Virus record (IMG/VR): IMGVR_UViG_3300021387_000147
Strand: one strand, 5' to 3'
DNA length: 64,000 bases
Source: a virus
Taxonomy: Duplodnaviria > Caudoviricetes
Below, in pieces: positions 55,443-64,000 of this stretch. The translations under genes and the position numbers were made by a program. The notes beneath the pieces are model-generated. The model was given only the letters and a program-made list of their open reading frames with translations, ran no database searches and was not told the DNA's origin. The number at the start of each line of letters is the position of its first letter. Positions within the stretch are counted from its first letter, which is position 1.

Positions 55443-55780
55443 CTAATGCCTCACTACTCTTATGCATTGCTTCGTCTTTCTTTATATGATAATTATCATA
55501 TTCTTCTGCTGCACCTTTTCTATCCAAATTATACCATTTTATCATAGCTTCCAATGGAACTATTTCATCTCTCCAATCATTATCATCTGATTCAAACCAA
55601 CCATGAAATAATTTTTCTTTATCATTATATGAAAAATGTTCAAAATTCCATTCATTTCCCATAATTTCACCACGATTACTATGGTCAGGTCTTAATTTAC
55701 AACACCATTCAAAGCATTGCTCAACCATATCATCTAAATCAGAAATCCATTGTTTTATTTCATTATAATTTTCAAAAAAG

Positions 55781-58700
55781 TTAAAACTCATCTTTCATTA
55801 TTCCTTCCCAACACGATTGTCTATAATCTAAAATCTTTCTAAGTTTAGATAATTGCTCTGGACTATTTCCATAATAGATATAACCTTCATATACAATCCA
55901 AAAATTCATTGTTCCATCTGGACCACCAAATCCAAATGCTCCTTTAAAGTCAGCATATAAAGATTGCCATTTCTTATATTCATGCACAGTAATTTTATCA
56001 GGTGGTCCAAAAGGATTGAAGAAACCAACTGTCATTTCACTCATTCAATAACCTCTTTTACTGTTGGTCTTTTAGAAACAAGCTGAGTAATTTGTATTCT
56101 CTGTGCTTTATCTGGTAAGTAATAACAAAATCCTTGATATTCAACAATAGCATCTATACCAAACATCATGATACTTCTCATAGTGTCCCAAAATTCATTT
56201 TTATCATGTTTAGGGTCACCTTCATAGTAAACAACTATATTAGGATTCTTTCCTCTACCCCATGTTATTGTTCCAATATAATCACCTATCACTTTGCATT
56301 CCTTTGTAATTAAATTCACATAGAAAATCCATCCAATCTGGATTATATTTCAAATTATACAAATGACTATGATAAGAAGCAACTAAAATAGATTTTCTAT
56401 ATTGATTATTATCAAACATTTTTAAAAAATCTAAATTACTTCTATACTTACGTAATGCAGTAAAGATTTCTTCTTTATCAAAATAATCATCTTTATAAGA
56501 TGCTGCATACATATTAGAACGTGATTTGGTAATATCAGTAAATACAACTGCTATACTATCTGGGCGATGGTCTGCACCAATATCTAAAAATTCATCTAAT
56601 GAAGTTCTCATAAATCTGGACATCCTTGATAATTTAAAGCATGTATAAATTCTTGCCAATCAGAATCAAATTTTACATTATAAAGTTTATCATGATAAAG
56701 TATTAAAAATATAGAATCTTCATATAATTCAAAATTGAAAGTTTTTAAAAAACCTAAATTTCTATGATAACGCAGCGCACAATTAAAAATTGCTTCTTTA
56801 GTCTTATAATTATCTTCATAATTAGCCATACTTATATCATTTAAAGATGTTATATCAGTATACAACATAATTGCTTCATCTGGTCTTTGATCTGATATAG
56901 GATGTGAAAATACTTCCATAGTACTCATACTTTTAATTCCTTAATTAAGCGCTGTTTAACTTGTCTTAATCTATTAATGTCAGTGCAATCCCAAATATAA
57001 CCATCATATTCAACAAAGAAAATTTCATCGCCAACTGTAGGATAGTAATCAAATTCATGTTCAACATTAGAAATCTTAGTCCATAACGAATATGGGCTTA
57101 AACACTCATGAAATTTAATTTCATCATCATAATCAGGTACTTTGTAAATTACTGCGTATTTCTTCATGGTTCCATTCCATTTGCAATCATTGCTCTAATC
57201 AATTCCATTGCATTTTCACCATTAGGTTCTGTTAAATTGTAAATATATCCATCAAATTCAATTAACAAATATTGCAAATTATAGACATAAGATTGGATTT
57301 TTGTAATCATGTTTATAATTTCTTGTTCAGAAGAAACTTCAGCACACATAGGTCTTTCATTTGTTGATTTTGGAATTGGTCCTGACCAAACTAATGTTGC
57401 TTTCATTTTGTTTGCATCCTTTCTTCTTGTATTTTCTTTCTATATGAATACAATTCTTCATATAATATAGCATTATCTTTTCTTGCTTTTGTTGTTCCAA
57501 AATCTGTAGCATTATAAATTGTTCCATTAAATTCAACAATAATATAATTAGGGTTATACAACATATTTTGCAAATGAGTTAAATTATCAATTATATCATC
57601 AATATCATTATATTCTTTATAACGAGGCGGAAGATTTGAATATGTTCCCGCCTTATTATTATATGCATCCCATACAATTGTCCCTAACATATATAAAGCT
57701 CTCTTAGTTCCTTTAATAACCATTCATTTGCTGCTTCTAATTTTTCATGATTTAAGAAATCATTAAATTTATCCATATTATCTTCATCTGTCACATTAAA
57801 TACATATCCATGATATTCAACTAAAATATAATCAGGTTCAACAAATGGACGATGCTGTAATCTTTTAATTTCATTCAACATTGTTTCTAAATTTTCATAT
57901 TCTTTATACATAGCATGTGTACATTTATCTTCTTCATTACAAATTATTACACAGTTATGAAAATGCCAAGTTATAGTTCCTATCATATTTTCCTTTATCT
58001 GAGCCAATCATCAATTTTTCTTAATAATTCTTTTGATTCTTCTGAATTAAAATTTGTTGCATCATAAATCATTCCATCAAATTCAACAAGAATATAATCA
58101 GGTCTATATAAAAAATATTGTAAATCTATTATCTTATAACGTAAATTTTGAATATTATTAAATTCGCAAACATTTGGATAAGGAGACTGTATACATCTAG
58201 GTTGATCCTCATGTGCTGTATTTGTATAAATTATTGTTGCTGTCATAAAATACTTTCCTTCATGTAATGTATATCAATCCAATCATCAATAATTTGTATT
58301 ACTTTTGGATCTGTGCCATTATAAATCTTACCATCAAATTCAACCAAAAGATAATCAGGTGAATATAACAAATATTGAAAGCTTTTCAATTTATTTCGTA
58401 ATTTCTCCATATCAGTGAATTCCATAACTCGCGGTTTTTCTATTTTAAAATTTTGCAAATTACGATTATGCACAACATTAAAAACTTGTTGTATAGATTC
58501 ATTTGAAAAAACTATTGTTCCTATCATTAATAAATCCTTAATTCAAAATCATGTAAAAAATTTCTATAAGCTTTATAATCAGTCAAATTGTAAATATATC
58601 CATCTAATTCAACAAGCAAACTATTTCCATCTAAACTTCCATATAATGTTCTTAAATATTCTGCTACCTTTTGAATAATTGCATAAAATTTTAATGGATC

Positions 58701-58847
58701 ATCAAATTCAATCCAAATATAATTTTCTTTACTAACACCTGATTTTATAACACCTGAACCACCAAATGGATAATAATTCTTTGAAAGAACATCAGATCTT
58801 TGATATATTTCACAAGTATATGCTATTGTTGCATTAAAAGGTTTCAT
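55781..58847 (-). repeat. Tandem array of 11 diverged small paralogous CDSs
   Basis: Shared (Y)(I/L)(L/I)VE(F/Y)DG.IY(N/D).T(D/N)-type motif in every ORF from 55781-56044 to 58527-58847 (most diverged in the four distal copies). Confidence 0.85.
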
Positions 58848-58853
58848 ATAAAC

Positions 58854-58891
58854 AATATACAAAAAAAGCAGGGCTTTGTCAACCCTGCTTT
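58854..58891 (-). promoter_or_regulatory. TTGACA-N17-TATATT leaderless promoter inside a terminator hairpin, heading the paralog array
   Basis: -35 58877-58882, -10 58854-58859, ATG 58847; stem 58865-58873/58883-58891. Confidence 0.8.
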
Positions 58892-59095
58892 AAAATATAT
58901 GGAATTAAATTAGTCTATTAACTTTTTACAAACTGCATTTATAACATCTTCATCAATCCATTTAAAGTTTTTTTGAATATAAAGTTTCAAATTTTCTATA
59001 TCTTTATTATCCAAATATTCTTGTATTTCTTTAAGATAGAAAGATTGAATTCGTCCAAAAAGTGCAATTACTTGGTCATTAAAACTCATTATATA

Positions 59096-59449
59096 CTACC
59101 TGTAATTCTTCACAGATTCATTTGTTGGACAAATATTCTTAATGATGAACTGCATTGCAGGATCATAGTCAGTATGTTCATTGTAGAATGCTCTTTCATC
59201 GCCGCCTGCTTCAACATAAAGCATCGGGTCTTCGTCTTCATCAAATTGTTCTAGGGTTACCTTTGCCACATTATTCATGAACTTGACCGTGATGCTGTTT
59301 TCATAACCTTTAATTTTAAGATCATAACCAGTCTTTGGTGCCTCTACCTTTAGGTATCTGTAAAAGTCATACAGTCCAGAATACATTGATGTGTATTCAA
59401 CAAGATACCCAGCATTCTTCAAGATCTGTTTTGCTTCATTTAAATTCAT
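59096..59449 (-). CDS. Leader-family protein
   Basis: MNLNEAKQILKNAGYLVE; start reassigned to 59449. Confidence 0.75.
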   Translation of the reverse strand: MNLNEAKQILKNAGYLVEYTSMYSGLYDFYRYLKVEAPKTGYDLKIKGYENSITVKFMNNVAKVTLEQFDEDEDPMLYVEAGGDERAFYNEHTDYDPAMQFIIKNICPTNESVKNYR

Positions 59450-59457
59450 GTTATACC

Positions 59458-59943
59458 TTATGCTTCGTAATCTTCCATTGTTGAGTAAATCCAATTATAG
59501 ACTTCTTCAATATTTTTATCTACTCTAGTCAATTTGAATTTTTTAGCTTCAATTACTCCATTATCTTCTAAAGATACTTGAATAAAACCAGCTTCATCAA
59601 AATACTTTACAACAAACATTAAACTATTAAAGAAATACTCTACTGGCTGGCATGCTCTTTTTAAATCATAATCATAAGCATGACGTTTCCAATTCATTAA
59701 GTATTCATCAAACTTTTCTTCCAAACCAGTAAAGAAACTTTTAATGTTATAATTCTGTGCATTTAGAACTTTCTTTTCTACTGAATTGTCATAAACACGA
59801 TCGATTGTATCATACATTTTCTTTTTAGCTTTCTTAGTATTTTGTCTTGACAAATCATAAAGCTCATCATCTAATGTTTCAGTATCTTCTGCAATGATAT
59901 AACCATGTTCAATCAATTCTTGTTTAGCTTCATTTAAATCCAT
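59458..59943 (-). CDS. Leader-family protein
   Basis: MDLNEAKQELIEHGYIIAEDTET; AAGGAG RBS. Confidence 0.75.
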   Translation of the reverse strand: MDLNEAKQELIEHGYIIAEDTETLDDELYDLSRQNTKKAKKKMYDTIDRVYDNSVEKKVLNAQNYNIKSFFTGLEEKFDEYLMNWKRHAYDYDLKRACQPVEYFFNSLMFVVKYFDEAGFIQVSLEDNGVIEAKKFKLTRVDKNIEEVYNWIYSTMEDYEA

Positions 59944-59959
59944 ATTTTTCTCCTTTCTT

Positions 59960-59967
59960 TATTTATA
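59960..59967 (-). promoter_or_regulatory. T4-type late promoter TATAAATA
   Basis: Exact consensus between terminator and RBS. Confidence 0.7.
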
Positions 59968-59976
59968 TAAAAGAAA

Positions 59977-59999
59977 AGACGCTTAAGTCTTAAGCGTCT
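59977..59999 (-). terminator. Intrinsic terminator
   Basis: agacgcttaa-gtc-ttaagcgtct, followed on the minus strand by TTTCTTTT. Confidence 0.7.
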
Positions 60000-60655
60000 A
60001 TAATATGTGGTCTTTTAAATGAATTTGCACCTTCGTTTGCTCTTTCATATATCACTGTAAATGGCTTTGGAATATCTAAATTATTAGATAATATCAATTG
60101 ACTTAAATGTTTTGATCCTTGACTCCATAAAACTGGAAACATACATTGCATAAAATCTTCAATGTTTGCATCAGACATCATACTACAATTATCTAATATA
60201 GTCAAATTTGTAGAATATCCTCTGCATTCATTAGTATTCGATGCTGTACAAATCCTATTTCCTGATTCTAATGTTCTACCCCAAGCTACTTTTTCTTTAT
60301 AATCTTCTTTTAGATATGTTGGTAAATTATCTTTGATAGTATCAATCAGTTTTAAGAATTCTTTACCTGACTTATTTGTCTGTGTATAATATAAAGTATT
60401 AAAACCATACTTAAATATAGAATTCCATAATGCATATAATGCATAAACAGTCGTTATTCCACATTTTGGTCTAGCGCTAACTAAATGATTTCTTGTATCA
60501 CAATTTACTTTTAAATTTTTATGGAATGCTTCAAGTAGTTCTTTTTGCCAATCATATAATTCCATATTATTACACATGCAAGCAATCTCTGCAAATAAAA
60601 CAGGATCATCTTCACATGCTAATACAATTTTTGCTTCTTCTATTTTCTTAATCAT
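59990..60655 (-). CDS. Truncated T4 gp17-like terminase ATPase domain with degenerate catalytic motifs
   Basis: C.DDPV.FAE, LYDWQ, RPKCGITT, LP.YL, LESG, RGYS.NL.ILDN; no nuclease domain. Confidence 0.8.
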   Translation of the reverse strand: MIKKIEEAKIVLACEDDPVLFAEIACMCNNMELYDWQKELLEAFHKNLKVNCDTRNHLVSARPKCGITTVYALYALWNSIFKYGFNTLYYTQTNKSGKEFLKLIDTIKDNLPTYLKEDYKEKVAWGRTLESGNRICTASNTNECRGYSTNLTILDNCSMMSDANIEDFMQCMFPVLWSQGSKHLSQLILSNNLDIPKPFTVIYERANEGANSFKRPHIIDA

Positions 60656-63600
60656 GAATTATGCACACTCTTAATATATTCTAAACAAAGTTCTTCATTC
60701 TTCTCAGTAAAAATCGACATAACCTTACTGAACCATGGATCAAATGCGCCAGAATTAACCCTGGCATAATTATATAGTAAGTCTGATATTCTCCTACCAT
60801 AAATGTCCCAAATGACCTCAGGAGCGCTTGTGCGCGATTCTAAATTAACAATTTTAAAGTCATTCAATAGTTTAGCATCTTGAGTATTTGCAATCATTGT
60901 ATTTACTACTATATTAAAATTTCTCATCGCTGCATATCCTCCTCATCGTAAGCTTCATCATAAACATCCAAAATCCAATCATCTTCTGCTTTGATTTCTG
61001 CTTCTCCATTTGGGTTATCATTCATATCACTTCTATCTATATCATGATACATATCACGTAATGTTTTCTTACGTTGAATACGCTTTGTCTTTTTCAATCC
61101 ATTTTCATCAGCTGTCCATGATTTAGTCAAACGAATTGCCTTATGCCATTCTTCATCTGTGAAACCATATTTCTTATAAAGAGTTGCACTGAATTCTTGC
61201 CAATCAGACATAGAAATAGGATGTTTCTTATCCCACTCTCTAATGAAACGAATTAGCTTCTTTTCAAATCTGTCTTTTTGTGTATTTTTCATACCATATT
61301 ATTCACTTTCTTAACAAATTCACCACATATCTTTTGTCTTTTTTCTTCCTCAGTAATTTCCTTATACTGTGCACTAAATAAATCTTTAGGGTATATATTT
61401 ACTTCAGGTTCCAAGGTTGTACACTTATATGGATTTGCATAAGAATTATGTCTATTCAATTCTCTAATTTTATTAGCAAACATATTTGCAATATAATCTT
61501 CATATAAGTCTAAATACTTCTTTTCATGATCCTTATATTTAATTCTAACTGCATCCAAATATTGAGCGGCCTTTACAGGATTTAATTTTAACCAAATTTC
61601 AGAACAACCAATATCAATAGTATCACTCATTCTTAAATCTTCCATTTCTTTGAAGAAGTCTAAATCTTTAGTACTATTAAATCTATTGATACATGACCTT
61701 GCAAAATAACAAATACCATCAATGAATTCATTAATTTCATTAATATCATTTGTTTCAATAGTAAGCTTAAACCATTGCTTATCTACTCCAATTCCATATT
61801 CGCCTTTATTCATGATAGTCTTAACAGCATCATAAAATGATGGCCAATGAGAAAGCTTAGGACTATATAAATTTACATTATAATTTGGATGATTTACAAC
61901 TTTCTGAAGTAATTCACCGATAACTTTAGATTCAGTTTTAATCAATGCAGTAATTTCACAAACTTGATACTTTGTATTAACATCCTTTGTTGTAAACCAA
62001 AGACCTACATTATCTTCAGTCAAATTTTTATCTTTTAATCTATTACGAAACTTTGTTAACTCTGCACTGATTTGATCTCTTGCAAGACCAAGTCTATCAT
62101 TCTTTTCTACTTGTTCTTCAGTATCTTCTTTTTTCTTAGTAAAAGGCCACATTAGTCTTCTCCTTGTTTCCATTCATTTCTTATTTCAGTGAAAACATCA
62201 TCATTTTCATTCTTATGGTCATGCTCAAATGGAATTCCTGCACCAAGTTTAATCTTATCTTTGTATTTGTCTGCACAATGTTTCATAAAATCTTTATAGA
62301 ATTCTTTTTCTTCTTGAGTCATTGGACCATCATCCCTTGTTTTTGCCATATCTAATCTCCTGCATTTTTCTGATAAATCCACCTGGATCCTTTAACTCAT
62401 CCAATTCATCTCTCCATTCCTGAACCTTCTTTTCTGAAGCTTTATCTAACTTCAATCCAAAGACTGCCATCAATGCATTTGCACAATCTACAGACTTTAA
62501 CTTTGTTTCTACTGCTTTTATTTTTGCCTGTTCTTCATCATATTGCTTCTGTAGCCTTTCAACCTCTTCTTCCAATTCAGGCAATCTTAATTTATAGATT
62601 TCATTGTAAAGAGCAATACTTGCAAATTCTACTTTTGGGAAGATTTCATCAAATTCCTTTTCAGACAATTTCATGAACCACATTTCAGTTCCACAACCAG
62701 TCACAATTGCAATTGAGTAATTCTTTCCACCAGCACTGATATAATAATGATGTGTATAATCATCATCGTATTCTACTGGTACAACTAACTTACTATTCTT
62801 TCCTGCACTTGAAAATGTAGAATGATTTAACCACTTAAATAATTCAGGATATTTCCATTGTTCGACAATTCCCTTTTTTTCAGTCTCAGCTAATTCACAT
62901 AACTTTTGAAATGCTGATGGAAAAGTCTTAAAATCTTCTAATTCTTTTTTTGCAGTATCTAGAAAAAACTTAATACTCATTGAAACCCCACTTCTTTATT
63001 ATCTTCATAAATGGACGTTCTAAATCTCGAGCATCACCTCTTTTAATGATTTCCTTCTTTAAATTCCTTGAGCTCTTTTGCATGCCAAAAAAAGAACATC
63101 AGCATTAGGATCGCTAAAAATCCAAATACAAATCCTCCTCCTGTTGCCAAACAAAGAACATCAAAGATAAAGAATAATACATCCCATACAATCCAAAATT
63201 TGCAACCAAACAATGTTCTTGATGTGACAATATCTATAAGCTTTTCCTTCATTATTTTACCACCTTTTTATAAAAATCATTTTCTTCAGTCATTAGCTCT
63301 ATTTCATGAGCTTTCCATTCTGTTCCATCTTGTTTCTTCTTAACTTCACAGAACTTATCAGCCAATTCCTTTGTAGAAGCATAATAAGTTTTAACTGGCA
63401 TTCCTGGAGTTCTAATTCCAGTGTATAATGTTATTTGATAAATCTTTTTCATTTCTTAGGCTTCCTTACTTTATGTGTAATACCACAACAAACTACTTCT
63501 TCCTCAACATAATCTTCTTCTGCCTGCTTTGGATGAATAGGAACTGAATGAGGGAAGATCTGTGAATTTGCAGTTGGTCCACAACTACTTACATAATCAC

Positions 63601-63856
63601 TCAAACGAGTTGGCTTATAAACATAAGGTTTATTCCAAGGATATTCATCTGGAGGTGTTCCTGTTCCATACATCATAATTGTGTGGTCTTTCAATTGAGG
63701 CCATGTTTTATCATTGTCTGTTTGAATTGTTAAGTCAGGATATTCTTCTTCAAAGGCCTCTTTTAGAGACTTTAAACCAAACCAACCACGAGCAACCATA
63801 TCTTCAAATTCATCTATGGTGCATTCAATTTCTACTTGTTTCCATTTAATTTTCAT
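60652..63856 (-). other. Run of hypothetical CDSs including a small membrane protein (63043-63252)
   Basis: Tiling ORFs, no recognised motifs. Confidence 0.65.
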
Positions 63857-64000
63857 ATATTACCACTATATTTCTTTTTTAATTCATTATAAGTATAACC
63901 ATAATAGCACAATTTATCAAGATACTTTTCACAACGTGTTAAATTTTGATGGAATTCATCTTTTAAAACATCATCTTTTGCTTGACAATACCAATTTAAC

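Noticed and set aside
55781-58847. Array motif resembles cytochrome b5 (IDGKVYDVT)
   Set aside because: No HPGG heme ligand or conserved histidines; probably a generic beta-hairpin
30494-60655. Capsid and terminase pieces as a true morphogenesis module or intron-split genes
   Set aside because: Scattered among early genes, no adjoining exons or intron/homing features seen, catalytic residues altered
1-64000. Stop-codon reassignment
   Set aside because: Known enzymes are full length in the standard code and TAA, TGA and TAG all end tiling genes

Overview
AT-rich (roughly 30% GC by eye), gene-dense segment of a large dsDNA (T4-superfamily/jumbo-type) bacteriophage. It uses the standard genetic code and lies almost entirely on the minus strand, with one plus-strand block at 43.5-46.3 kb. 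No tRNA, rRNA, CRISPR array or transposase was seen. This is an accessory/early-gene region. Recognisable genes: NAD salvage (nadE, pncA, NadD-Nudix fusion), ATP-dependent DNA ligase, two RNA ligases (Rnl2-type, RtcB), phosphoesterases, a CX5R phosphatase, a RelA/SpoT-type HD hydrolase, aroE, chorismate mutase, DUF488 and glycosyltransferase/DUF1919 pairs. Most notable: (1) an RlmN/Cfr-like radical SAM enzyme split in two, with its AACGQL methyl-carrier cysteine on a separate 44-aa ORF placed upstream and absent from the ORF track; (2) stand-alone fragments of virion proteins (a Gol-peptide-like capsid segment, a capsid C-terminal segment, a terminase ATPase domain with degenerate catalytic motifs) that look like decoys; (3) six proteins sharing an MNLNEAKQIL..GY..E leader, some behind TATAAATA late promoters; (4) about 13 unrelated proteins sharing a C-terminal K-x-x-I-x-x-I(G) tail; (5) an 11-gene diverged paralog array; (6) seven promoters with a TGTAAA-N6-TTTACA palindrome exactly 10 bp upstream of the -35. 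All family assignments are from motif recognition, not database searches.
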